A stretch of DNA of 64,000 bases from Minisyncoccota bacterium (lineage in GTDB: Bacteria; Patescibacteriota; Minisyncoccia; Phycocordibacterales; CAIZLB01). Position 1 is the first letter of the stretch, and every line of letters starts with the position of its first letter. The stretch is taken from contig JAIPIA010000002.1 of NCBI GenBank assembly GCA_021734945.1, forward strand, positions 194,829 to 258,828, written 5' to 3'. A program made the position numbers and the translations under genes. Below the pieces are notes generated by a model. It worked only from the letters and a program-made list of their open reading frames with translations. It had not been told where the DNA came from and searched no databases. Below, piece after piece: positions 38,677-47,979 of this stretch.

Positions 38677-39759
38677 TTATTGTATTTCGCTCAGAACTCC
38701 TCCTTTGATTATTTTCATACCAAACTCAGGCTGGCGTAATCCTTCTTTGTTGAATGATATATTACCAGTAACGCCCTTAAGAGATAAAGATTTCATATTA
38801 TTACTCATAACCTTTGAGTCAGCGTCATATCCGGCCACAAACGTATTGAATGCGTCATATCCGTATCCGGCAAATATAGATGGTTCTGCACCGTATCTGG
38901 CTTTGTATTTTTCAACAAAGACAGGATCCATTTTTGATTTAAGTGACATTACATATGAACCATCAAGCACCGATAGGTCTGGAAACGCACCTGTATATTC
39001 GACACTGTCATAGATAAGATCAAATACGATTGTGGGCTTGTTTGGATATTTTTGAATTTCTTTTAACACTCTCGCTCCATTTGATGAATATGCACTAAGA
39101 ACAACAATCTTTGGGTTATGAGCCATTGCCTTTGCAACTATAGTGGCATATTCTTTTTGATTTTGATCGAGTTTAAATTCTTCAACAAAAGGATTACTGT
39201 ATCCTTTCTTTATGTTGCTCACAAACTTCATCACCGTTGAATCATTTGTATAAAACAACACAGTATCATTTCCATTACTCATTTTCTTTACAAATTCCCC
39301 CGTTGCAACTTCAGGCGCATCTTGCGTTGGGTAGACCTGGTACACAGTGTCGTCAGCAGGATCTCTATCTTGTTCACCAAGTTGAATCACCGGTAACTTC
39401 GAGTTTGTTACGGAATCATACACAATACTAATAGTTGGGCTACTCAAGTTAATTAATCCATCTATTTTATTGAATGACACTAATTTATTGTATGCACTAA
39501 GTCCTTTTTTACTTTCACTTCCATCATCTTCAACACTGAGAGAGATTTGAGCATCAGGATTACTCTTAGTATATTCTTCATGAGCAAACTTAATACCTTG
39601 TGAAAAAGCCTGTCCGAGTGCAGCAAAGGCACCTGTTTCACTCGATATAACTCCTACACTCAACTTCGTCGGTTCGATTTTGTTATTCTTGTTAGCAAAT
39701 GAAAATACTATTACTAGTACAATCAATACACCTAAGAAACCATATGCAATCTTTTTCAT
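38677..39759 (-). CDS. LivJ-family periplasmic substrate-binding protein (divergent paralog)
   Basis: Signal anchor followed by LSVGVISSETGAFAALGQAFSQGIKFAHEEY. Confidence 0.55.
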   Translation of the reverse strand: MKKIAYGFLGVLIVLVIVFSFANKNNKIEPTKLSVGVISSETGAFAALGQAFSQGIKFAHEEYTKSNPDAQISLSVEDDGSESKKGLSAYNKLVSFNKIDGLINLSSPTISIVYDSVTNSKLPVIQLGEQDRDPADDTVYQVYPTQDAPEVATGEFVKKMSNGNDTVLFYTNDSTVMKFVSNIKKGYSNPFVEEFKLDQNQKEYATIVAKAMAHNPKIVVLSAYSSNGARVLKEIQKYPNKPTIVFDLIYDSVEYTGAFPDLSVLDGSYVMSLKSKMDPVFVEKYKARYGAEPSIFAGYGYDAFNTFVAGYDADSKVMSNNMKSLSLKGVTGNISFNKEGLRQPEFGMKIIKGGVLSEIQ

Positions 39760-39942
39760 TTAAGTAATTTATTATGTTATTTTTAACGTACAACATTATT
39801 CAATCAATTTGTTATATGGTCAATTTTGATAGGTATCGTTGTCGTTATTAAGTATTAATATATTGTTTTAAATAAGGTTTAAATCTAAATATTGATAAAA
39901 TCGCCAGTTTTATTGACTAATTTGCCATTTAGTTTACTATAA

Positions 39943-40692
39943 GTGTATATGAATAAATTGGTAGAGTCGCTTAAAACACTAGGATATTCGGATAAAGAGG
40001 CTTTGACATACGTCTCCCTGCTCGAACTTGGTCGCGCAACAGCATATTCTGTATCCGAAAAGTCAGGTCTCAAGAAACCAACTACTCACGTCATTCTGGG
40101 TGAACTCCTCAAAAAAGGTGCAGTTATTACAATTCCAGGCGCTAAAAAGAAGATATTTACAGTAAGATCTCCTGAGGAGCTATTCGCACGAGCCGAGGAA
40201 AGTTTAATAAGAGCAAAAAAGTCCCTTCCAGATTTATTGTCTATGGCTTTAGAGAGTCGTTCTGAATTTAAGACTCTCTACTACGAAGGAATCCAAGGAC
40301 TAAAAGATTCTTTGTATTATAAAATGAAGACAGTCAAAAAGAAGGAGCTTATAGGTTTTTATGCACTCGTAACAAAGGATGTAGATCCTGTAGTACTACG
40401 CATGTTTGATGTTTGGGGTAAAGATTTAAAGGAAAATTCAATAAGAATGAGAGGTTTCACTCCAGAACATTCCTCGACTGAAAGATACAAACCTGCGTCT
40501 AATGATCCATATCGAGATTTGCGTTTTCTTCCTTTAGAAAATTATTCTTCTGAAATATCTATAGAGGCACTCGATGATTTTGTTAGAATTACAGATATTA
40601 GACATCTCCAAATAGTAATTATAGACAATCCACATATCGCTAGGACACTTAGACAAATATTTGAAATGATGTGGCAAGTACTTCCAAGATAG
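39943..40692 (+). CDS. TrmB-family wHTH transcriptional regulator (paralog 4)
   Basis: LKTLGYSDKEALTYVSLLELGRATAYSVSEKSGLKKPTTHVILGELLKKGAVI. Confidence 0.6.
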   Translation: MYMNKLVESLKTLGYSDKEALTYVSLLELGRATAYSVSEKSGLKKPTTHVILGELLKKGAVITIPGAKKKIFTVRSPEELFARAEESLIRAKKSLPDLLSMALESRSEFKTLYYEGIQGLKDSLYYKMKTVKKKELIGFYALVTKDVDPVVLRMFDVWGKDLKENSIRMRGFTPEHSSTERYKPASNDPYRDLRFLPLENYSSEISIEALDDFVRITDIRHLQIVIIDNPHIARTLRQIFEMMWQVLPR

Positions 40693-40735
40693 ACTTTGAA
40701 GTAATTTAATTTAAACTATCCGAACTTTAATCTAA

Positions 40736-41665
40736 CTAAGCAAGCTTCAACGCAGGAATAATCTGCTTCTTTCGAGATACGATTCCAGGAAGCACTTCTG
40801 TATCACCATCAACTTGAACGCCAAAAGATGCACTGATAACACCTTTCAAGAAATCATTGTATGTGAACACTGTAGCCTCTTCTCGTAGAATATCTACCAC
40901 AAAGAAAAGTACATCGTCGATATCACCATCTTGAGCAATAACTTCACCAATAGCTTTTACAATCCCCTCTTTTCGGACAAGTACTGATGCTGGATCTGTA
41001 GTTTCAACAACAGAAACTCGGATGTTTTTATCACCTACTTCGAACTTCTTACTATCGAGGTGAATAAGCCCTATGTCTGTAAAATCTGAAACATCTGACT
41101 TTGCTTTGAACATTTCATTTGCATACTCTGTGATATTTAGACCAAGTCGAGCCGCCAACTTTTCCGCAATTGCTTTATCATGTGGAGTTGTTGTAGGAGA
41201 ACGAAACTCAAGTGTGTCAGAGAGAATACATGAAAGCATTACTCCAGCGATATCTTCTGGCATAGTTTCAGCGTGAGTACCCATGAGGTCGTGCATAACT
41301 GTAGCAGTTGATGCCACTGGTCGAATAGTCATCTCAATAGGACCTTTTGTCATGAGACCTCCTATAAGCTTGTGATGATCTATGATCTGGAGAATATCTG
41401 CTTCATTCACCCCAGAGAGGAGTTCTTGGGGATTGTTTGTATCTACAATCACCACTTTGTCTTCTGCATCTACTTTTTCGAGAAGTGTAGGTTCAGTCTG
41501 TCTCCATCGTCCGAGAACAAACTTTGTCTCCTTGTTAAGTTCACCAAGTACATATGCCTCTGCTTTGTGAGTAGTGTGAGTGTTGAGGTACCAAGCCCAA
41601 ATAATAGCGCAGCTAGTAGCGTCTGTGTCAGGTGAAATGTGCCCAAAAACTTTGATTGTTGTCAT
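40736..41665 (-). CDS. ppaC: Manganese-dependent inorganic pyrophosphatase, family II (DHH-DHHA2)
   Basis: MTTIKVFGHISPDTDATSCAI, VIVDTNNPQEL, IIDHHKL, DHHA2 region. Own sigma70-like promoter (TTGTCA-16-TATGAT) at 41676-41703. Confidence 0.7.
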   Translation of the reverse strand: MTTIKVFGHISPDTDATSCAIIWAWYLNTHTTHKAEAYVLGELNKETKFVLGRWRQTEPTLLEKVDAEDKVVIVDTNNPQELLSGVNEADILQIIDHHKLIGGLMTKGPIEMTIRPVASTATVMHDLMGTHAETMPEDIAGVMLSCILSDTLEFRSPTTTPHDKAIAEKLAARLGLNITEYANEMFKAKSDVSDFTDIGLIHLDSKKFEVGDKNIRVSVVETTDPASVLVRKEGIVKAIGEVIAQDGDIDDVLFFVVDILREEATVFTYNDFLKGVISASFGVQVDGDTEVLPGIVSRKKQIIPALKLA

Positions 41666-42127
41666 AATGCGTACATCATACAAAAATTTGGTCGTTTGAC
41701 AAAGGGGTTTTGTATTCAAACCCTTAGGTACCACTCCCATAATTAACCTGATTAAAGCATCTTTGATTGACCTAAATTCTCCAGATTCAACACTCCTTAT
41801 TTTCCTAAGAAATCTTTTAGTACTTATCAGACGTATTTGTGAAAGTAGAATGGAGTATGTATCACCTTTAAAATAAATCGTATAATAGAAAATTCCTTCT
41901 TTAACTTTAGTAGTAATTGGCAGGACTAAACAAACTCTCTTATTAAACTTTTTTAAGACTAAAACTGGTCTCTCATATAATGAATTGACACCATTCTGTT
42001 CATCTCCAACATTTAGACCCAAAGAGCACCACCATATTTCTCTTTCTAAGATGGCATGTTTTAATTCACCTTCAATTACTTTATCAATTTCTATTTTTAG
42101 TCTATTCCAATCATTATAATCCTTCAT
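41666..42127 (-). CDS. MazF/PemK-like toxin-fold domain (paralog 2), in frame with ppaC with no intervening stop
   Basis: REIWWCSLGLNVGDEQNGVNSLYERPVLVLKKFNKRVCLVLPITT is homologous to 36956..37324. The ORF 40736..42127 reads through into ppaC. Confidence 0.45.
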
Positions 42128-42247
42128 AGATACATATTTATATATTTAACCTACTGAATTTTTCATCAATATTTTATAAAAATACTTATACACCTATAAT
42201 TAGCGAAATATTTGACAAGAAATTATTTTTAAAATAATATGTATCTA

Positions 42248-42347
42248 CAAATGGGTTGTGTGTGAAGAATCACAACCGCCGGAGATAGTGTTCGTAAGGA
42301 CACTAATCGTATATTAAAGAGACCAGCAAAAACTGGTTTTTTTAATT
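42248..42347 (+). ncRNA. Candidate small RNA with three hairpins and an intrinsic terminator
   Basis: Promoter-like TTGACA(42213)-17-TAATAT. Hairpins GGTTGTG...CACAACC, AGTGT...ACACT, ACCAGcaaaaaCTGGT followed by ttttttt. Confidence 0.25.
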
Positions 42348-42390
42348 GGGCAGACTAGTTGATAATATCAGCCACTATAAACATAATTCC

Positions 42391-43311
42391 CTATCTCTTC
42401 AAAATTCCCTGTGGACGTACAAGTAAAAATACGATCAATAATGTGAAGGCAATGGCATCTTTCCATTCACCTGATATCTTCCAAATACCAAAGTTCTCAA
42501 CAAAGCCGAGCAAGAATGCACCAAGTACTCCACCGTATACGTTTCCGATTCCACCAATAATAGAAGCAATAACACCCTTGAGCAGTAGTGCCATTCCCAT
42601 AGTTGGCTCAAGGCCTGTGTCATATCCGACGAACACACCAGCAAGCCCTGCAATAGCCGATCCAATTACGCAAACTATAGCAATTGTTTTTTCTGTATTG
42701 ATACCTACAATTTTAGCGACTTGTTCGTTATCACTAATAGCTTCAACAGATTTTCCAAAAAGCGAACGCTTTAAGTACACACCGAGCGCAATCATAATAA
42801 CGAATACTGAAATGATTATAGCAAGCTGGACCTGAGTAATAATTCCTCCAAAAACATTAAACGTAACAATATCCCCTGCTCCAGAACTGAGTGTTTGAAA
42901 TTGACTTGTAAAAAGGATTGCAAGAAAAGCCTGAAGACAAGTGAATGCACCAAGTGAAGCAACTAAAAAAACCATTTGTGAAGCTTTTCGTTCTCGAAGT
43001 TTTTTAAATAGGAAACGATTGAGTAACCAACCAACAGAAGCTGCAACAACAACGCCTATAATAGTAGTAACTATGATTCCTAAAGTACCAGAGTTAAAGA
43101 AATCTCCAAGAGGTTGTATCGAAGCACCCAAACCAGGAAGTTTCTTTGTAAGAAAATATACTGTGTAACCACCAATAGCGGCAACAACACCATGAGTTAA
43201 GTTAAAAAACTTTGTTGTTCCATATATAAGATTGAAACCAAGAGCAACAAGAGCATAGATAGCTCCCGCAATAAGACTATTCGCAATGAGTTGTGGGATT
43301 ATACTGTCCAT
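42391..43311 (-). CDS. livH: Branched-chain amino acid ABC transporter permease LivH-like
   Basis: AIYALVALGFNLIYGTTKFFNLTHG and the conserved C-terminal region. Confidence 0.7.
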   Translation of the reverse strand: MDSIIPQLIANSLIAGAIYALVALGFNLIYGTTKFFNLTHGVVAAIGGYTVYFLTKKLPGLGASIQPLGDFFNSGTLGIIVTTIIGVVVAASVGWLLNRFLFKKLRERKASQMVFLVASLGAFTCLQAFLAILFTSQFQTLSSGAGDIVTFNVFGGIITQVQLAIIISVFVIMIALGVYLKRSLFGKSVEAISDNEQVAKIVGINTEKTIAIVCVIGSAIAGLAGVFVGYDTGLEPTMGMALLLKGVIASIIGGIGNVYGGVLGAFLLGFVENFGIWKISGEWKDAIAFTLLIVFLLVRPQGILKR

Positions 43312-43313
43312 TT

Positions 43314-43553
43314 TTATTCCAATTCTTTTATAAATATAAATCTCGGACCTTTGTAATTGAGTTCAGGTTTATCTACACTCTCGATAAACATTTCTAATGG
43401 TCTTATATAAAGTTTAAAGTCCCCATACAGCGCCCGATATGCAACCATTTTTTCTTCAGTCTCTGTATGCATTCCAACGCCAATTACCTCATAAATCATC
43501 GACTTATCTTTGAAATGTTGATAAATTCCCCGCTTTAGAGTTTCATTATTCAT
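43314..43553 (-). CDS. DUF1653-domain protein
   Basis: YQHFKDKSMIYEVIGVGMHTETEEKMVAYRALYGDFKLYIRPLEMF. Confidence 0.5.
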   Translation of the reverse strand: MNNETLKRGIYQHFKDKSMIYEVIGVGMHTETEEKMVAYRALYGDFKLYIRPLEMFIESVDKPELNYKGPRFIFIKELE

Positions 43554-43565
43554 AGAGGTATTTTA

Positions 43566-43608
43566 CCACAAAACAAAACCGCCTATGCATTTCAGCTAGG
43601 TGGTTTTT
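43566..43608. repeat. Terminator-like repeated element, copy 1
   Basis: caaaaccGcctatgcatttcagctaggtggtttttt. Copy 2 at 44384..44430 shares ...tcagctaggtggtttt and the upstream aaaacc.cc. Confidence 0.4.
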
Positions 43609-43616
43609 TAATACAC

Positions 43617-44348
43617 CTACTTTTTAAGTAAGACAGCGAAAGGATGAACTATCTCCAACAAATGATCTCCATTTCGTTCAATGATTTCTTGTACAGCTGC
43701 AAACTCAGCATCTATACGAGCTTGATCAAGAGGTAACTCCTCCACTTCCGCAAAACCTACTTCAATAGCCATTCTTTTAACGTACTCCGCAGTAACAAAC
43801 TGATCTTCTGTAAAACCATTATTATACACAACAGTTCCATCAGGCTTTTGCATTTTATCGTAACCGAAGCTACTTATAAGAAATTGACCTGTTGGTTTTA
43901 AAACCCTATGTGCTTCCGCAAGTATTTGCTCAGCGCTTTTTTCAATAGGTGCATTTATAAGATTAATAGACAAAGCAAAAGCCACTGACTCATTTTTAAA
44001 AGGTGTATCTGTTACATCAGCAGTAACCGGCCTTACGACGGTTTCATTCTCTCTTCTTTGGTGATAAGGGTGAAGCATCCAACTTTCCAAACGTTCAACA
44101 GTGTCGTCAATAGGAATTAGAATTAATCCCCTATCTTCAAGCTGATGTGTATAAGAATGATCTTCAAGTACGTGAATATAGCCTGCACCAAGATCAAGCA
44201 CTGTATCACCCGCTTTCAAATCTGCGGCATCAAATATTTGTCCATATGTTTCTGGAGCGACAAAATCAGGGTGGTTAAGTATCTTTCCTTCAAGACCTTT
44301 AAGTATTTCTTTTTGATAGGGTTCAAATCCGTTAAGAGCTTCACTCAT
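43617..44348 (-). CDS. Class I SAM-dependent methyltransferase-like protein
   Basis: Motif I DTVLDLGAG. Remainder is atypical. Confidence 0.45.
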   Translation of the reverse strand: MSEALNGFEPYQKEILKGLEGKILNHPDFVAPETYGQIFDAADLKAGDTVLDLGAGYIHVLEDHSYTHQLEDRGLILIPIDDTVERLESWMLHPYHQRRENETVVRPVTADVTDTPFKNESVAFALSINLINAPIEKSAEQILAEAHRVLKPTGQFLISSFGYDKMQKPDGTVVYNNGFTEDQFVTAEYVKRMAIEVGFAEVEELPLDQARIDAEFAAVQEIIERNGDHLLEIVHPFAVLLKK

Positions 44349-44383
44349 ATGCTGTGATTATATCAGTTCGATTCCCTTTAGTC

Positions 44384-44430
44384 CTTAAACAACAAAACCA
44401 CCCAGACATTCTCAGCTAGGTGGTTTTGCA
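44384..44430. repeat. Terminator-like repeated element, copy 2
   Basis: caaaaccAcccagacattctcagctaggtggttttg. Stem CCACC/GGTGG flanked by A- and T-runs, so it can terminate in both directions. Confidence 0.4.
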
Positions 44431-44466
44431 TATTTTTCTCTGCGGTTTCTAGATAATTTTCTGACC

Positions 44467-45591
44467 CTAATCCTCAATCCTCACCGGTTTACCATTCTGT
44501 ATAATCTTTGTAACAGCCTTAGTCAAAACGAATCCATCTTTATCAATTTTCAAATGCCCTAGTGCTCCTTGGATATCTACATTATATAGAGCATCTTTGA
44601 TATTTGAACTTGAAACTTCTTTTCCAGGATTAGCTTTACTTGCTCGTTCAGCTGAATCAATAATCATCTTTGTGATGTCATATGCATTTGCTGTAGCAAT
44701 CACTTGTTCTTTTCCATACATATTTTTATATGCAGTTCTAAATTCATCAGATGAATCAGCAGCATTTACATACCAGTATCCTTCGAACAAATCTGGTCGA
44801 TCTGTAAGTTCAAAACCTTCAAGTGAAGTTAGTGGCTTTCCAATATTTGCATCTTTAAGTTGTTTTGAAAGAGTTTCAAGCTCTGGTGAAAATGCAATAG
44901 GTACATATATATCTGGATTTGTAGCTTTTGCTTTTGCAACAATTGTACGGAAATCAGTTGTTCCAAAGTTGAACACGTCTTTACTCACAATTTGAATATC
45001 TGTTCCCTGCACTTGTTTCTCAAGTTCATCAATCACAGCAGTAATACCTTGAATATTCGCACCAAACACAGCAACTTTCTTTATATGTCGCTTTTGCAAT
45101 TCCTCAATAAAGAGTCGCACTTCTTCAAATGGAGGTGTCCAATGTATGAAGTTGTAATCCCCTTTTGCAATATTTGGGTCTGAGGCAATACCCATGTGAA
45201 CGATTTGATTCTTTTCAGCAATAGGGTTTGCAATATTTCCAGCGGCTGACGCAAATGTCATGAGAGCGCTAACCTTATCTACTGAAATTAATTTGTTTAA
45301 TGCAGAGGCTGTTCTTTTCGGATCAAAACCATCGTCTTCCATTACAACCTTGTACGAGTTCTTTGAAGTCGGGTTTGCCTTTTCAAATTCATGAATAGCA
45401 AGTTCAGCACCATTTCTTATTCCTTCACCAGCAAAGGCCAAGCTACCTGAAAGCGGCCCAGAAATACCAATCTTAATCACCTGACCTGTAGAAGCAGTCT
45501 GACTAGTGCTATTTGATTTTGAATATGATGAGATACCCCAAACAGCTAGCAATACAGCGACTATTACAATAATAATTTTTGTTTTGTTCAT
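44467..45591 (-). CDS. LivJ-family periplasmic substrate-binding protein
   Basis: IKIGISGPLSGSLAFAGEGIRNGAELAIHEF. Confidence 0.65.
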   Translation of the reverse strand: MNKTKIIIVIVAVLLAVWGISSYSKSNSTSQTASTGQVIKIGISGPLSGSLAFAGEGIRNGAELAIHEFEKANPTSKNSYKVVMEDDGFDPKRTASALNKLISVDKVSALMTFASAAGNIANPIAEKNQIVHMGIASDPNIAKGDYNFIHWTPPFEEVRLFIEELQKRHIKKVAVFGANIQGITAVIDELEKQVQGTDIQIVSKDVFNFGTTDFRTIVAKAKATNPDIYVPIAFSPELETLSKQLKDANIGKPLTSLEGFELTDRPDLFEGYWYVNAADSSDEFRTAYKNMYGKEQVIATANAYDITKMIIDSAERASKANPGKEVSSSNIKDALYNVDIQGALGHLKIDKDGFVLTKAVTKIIQNGKPVRIED

Positions 45592-45789
45592 ATAATATAT
45601 ACGGATTACGCTCCGTGTCAGCGCTTACATTTAATAACTCCACTACTATGCAACACATCTAGTGTTCTGTGTAATATTGGAACAATATTTAACTGTATAG
45701 TACCTATTTTATAAGGATATTCTGTATATTATAAAAATATTGTCCGTTTAGAGTGACATTTTAAAGCAGATATTGTATGCTACTTATAT

Positions 45790-46644
45790 ATGAAACAAAG
45801 CCACCTAAACGAGCAACTAAAACACATAGGTTTAACTGATAAAGAAGCCTTGATCTATGGTTCCCTCTTAGAGTTGGGTGGTAGTGGCTTTCCATCATCT
45901 ATTGCTGAAAAGGCGGGTATCAAACGAAGTACTGCTTACAAGATTCTGCTTGGTCTCAGTATAAAAGGTCTTGTAAATGAGATTCAGAAAAGAAATAAGA
46001 TATTCTACCAAGTAGAAAAACCGGAGCGTCTTATACGGCACGCAAAAAGTCAGATACAAATAGCTGAAGATAATCTTGAAAAAGCAGAACGCCTATTCCC
46101 TGAACTTCAAGGTCTCTACGCTCTCACAGCTGGAAAACCTAAGGTGAGATTCTTCGAAGGGACTGAGGAAGTTAACTCCATCTACTTAGAAATGGTAACT
46201 CCGGACCAAAAACCTTATGAAATGATTGCCTTCGCGAATGCCAAAGCTTTCAAAAACAATATGACATTTGAGCAAGTGAGATATTTTGTGAAAGAAAAGG
46301 AAAAGCTTGATATCCCCGTTCGTGCAATTGTGCCAGATACAGCTGAGGACCGACAATTTAATCCAACAGTTTTCGACGGAATACATAAGAAATATTGGCC
46401 TAAACTACGATATATACCTGCAGACATGTTTCCTTTTGAAACTGAAATTACTTTATACAGTACTGACAAAGTAGCTATCGCTAAATTTGGAAACAAACAT
46501 CCAATAGCTGTTATCATCGAAGATGCTGTGATTTACGGAACTATCAAATTAATGTTTGAACTTGCATGGCTTGGAGCAGAGAGATTCGATAATAGTCACA
46601 GCGATAGTCCAACATCAATTGATCATATATACAAAAACCACTAG
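45790..46644 (+). CDS. TrmB-family wHTH transcriptional regulator (paralog 5)
   Basis: LKHIGLTDKEALIYGSLLELGGSGFPSSIAEKAGIKRSTAYKILLGLSIKGLVNE. Confidence 0.6.
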   Translation: MKQSHLNEQLKHIGLTDKEALIYGSLLELGGSGFPSSIAEKAGIKRSTAYKILLGLSIKGLVNEIQKRNKIFYQVEKPERLIRHAKSQIQIAEDNLEKAERLFPELQGLYALTAGKPKVRFFEGTEEVNSIYLEMVTPDQKPYEMIAFANAKAFKNNMTFEQVRYFVKEKEKLDIPVRAIVPDTAEDRQFNPTVFDGIHKKYWPKLRYIPADMFPFETEITLYSTDKVAIAKFGNKHPIAVIIEDAVIYGTIKLMFELAWLGAERFDNSHSDSPTSIDHIYKNH

Positions 46645-46694
46645 CCTCAGTGGGACCAGCGGTTTTGCGTGAATCTATTTAAATCAAATCCTAA

Positions 46695-47852
46695 TTACCT
46701 CAAATCCACCAACGTATTATTCTCAACTTTTTTAAAGCTGAAACCTACACCTTTTACGTCACCAGTATTGTCGAATGAAAAATCTCCAATAACACCACTG
46801 TACGAATCGAGACCATTTAGATATTTTTTATTTGCCTCTACGCCAGTACCAGTCTTTTCAATAGTCTGCTTGAGTAAGTATGCATAGTCGTACATCTCCC
46901 CTGCCACGAATGGGTAATTTATTGTTCCACCAAATTGAGCCTTATAATTAGTCACAAAACGCGCAGACTGTGGTCGATTAGAATTTAGAGAAGGTACATC
47001 AAGAATAACGGCACCGTTTACAGCAGAATTTGCTTTTACAAACTCATCTCCAGTCATAAAGAATTCTACAAACTGTGCCTTGATCCCCATATCACGCGCT
47101 TGTTTTGCAATAAGCGCACCCGCAGACCCAACTTGTGGGTTTATAAATAGAACCTCTGGATTTGTTAATTTAATCTTAGTTAGAATTGTCTTAAAATCTT
47201 TCATATCACCATTGAATGTTTCTAAGGCAATAACCTCTCCTCCAAGATCACGGACACTTTGAATAAAAGTTTTTTCAAGGGCTACAGCATAATCCGTTTT
47301 TTCTGTAATAGTCGCAACCTTCTTATATTTTGGAACAAGATATTCTGCGAGAGCTCTTCCTGAAAGTGCATCACTTGGAAATGTTCTAAAGAAATATTTA
47401 CCTTTACCTGTTATATCAGGACTTGTACCCTGACCAAGAAATATCACCGGCTTCTGTTCTGTAAGTGGCAAGATAGCAAGTACCTCACTACTACACATTG
47501 CTCCAACAATATATTGGACCCCATCTGTATTAATGAGTTTTTGTGCAGCATTCAATGCATCTTTACCACTACACTTTGAATCTTCATACACAGCCTCAAT
47601 CTGCCGACCATTTATTCCTCCAATTTTATTTATTTCATCAACGGCTATTGCGAAACCATTTTTACCAGCTTCACCATATGGGGCAGCACCACCTGTTAAA
47701 GGTTCAACTACTCCTATTTTTATTGGACCCTTAGACGTTGTGCTATCAGAGACAGAAGTTACAGATGGAGATTTTGACCAAAAAGATGTACAAACAAGCC
47801 CGAGTATCACTACTATACCTATAGTGTATATGCCTTTTTTCGTTGGATTCAT
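46695..47852 (-). CDS. LivJ-family periplasmic substrate-binding protein
   Basis: IKIGVVEPLTGGAAPYGEAGKNGFAIAVDEINKIGGINGRQIEAVYED. Confidence 0.65.
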   Translation of the reverse strand: MNPTKKGIYTIGIVVILGLVCTSFWSKSPSVTSVSDSTTSKGPIKIGVVEPLTGGAAPYGEAGKNGFAIAVDEINKIGGINGRQIEAVYEDSKCSGKDALNAAQKLINTDGVQYIVGAMCSSEVLAILPLTEQKPVIFLGQGTSPDITGKGKYFFRTFPSDALSGRALAEYLVPKYKKVATITEKTDYAVALEKTFIQSVRDLGGEVIALETFNGDMKDFKTILTKIKLTNPEVLFINPQVGSAGALIAKQARDMGIKAQFVEFFMTGDEFVKANSAVNGAVILDVPSLNSNRPQSARFVTNYKAQFGGTINYPFVAGEMYDYAYLLKQTIEKTGTGVEANKKYLNGLDSYSGVIGDFSFDNTGDVKGVGFSFKKVENNTLVDLR

Positions 47853-47979
47853 AAAATTGTGTTTAATTTATTAATTTAGCAACAGTATCTTACACATCTA
47901 TATTTATGTAAAACTGTTGACACGCTTTGACAACTAACACAGGTTTGAGCTACCATATTGATATAGATAGGTTGGTAAT

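Noticed and set aside
44368-44380. gttcgattcc T-loop-like motif suggesting a tRNA
   Set aside because: Flanking sequence cannot form a T-stem, acceptor stem or anticodon arm. No tRNA gene could be supported anywhere in the window.
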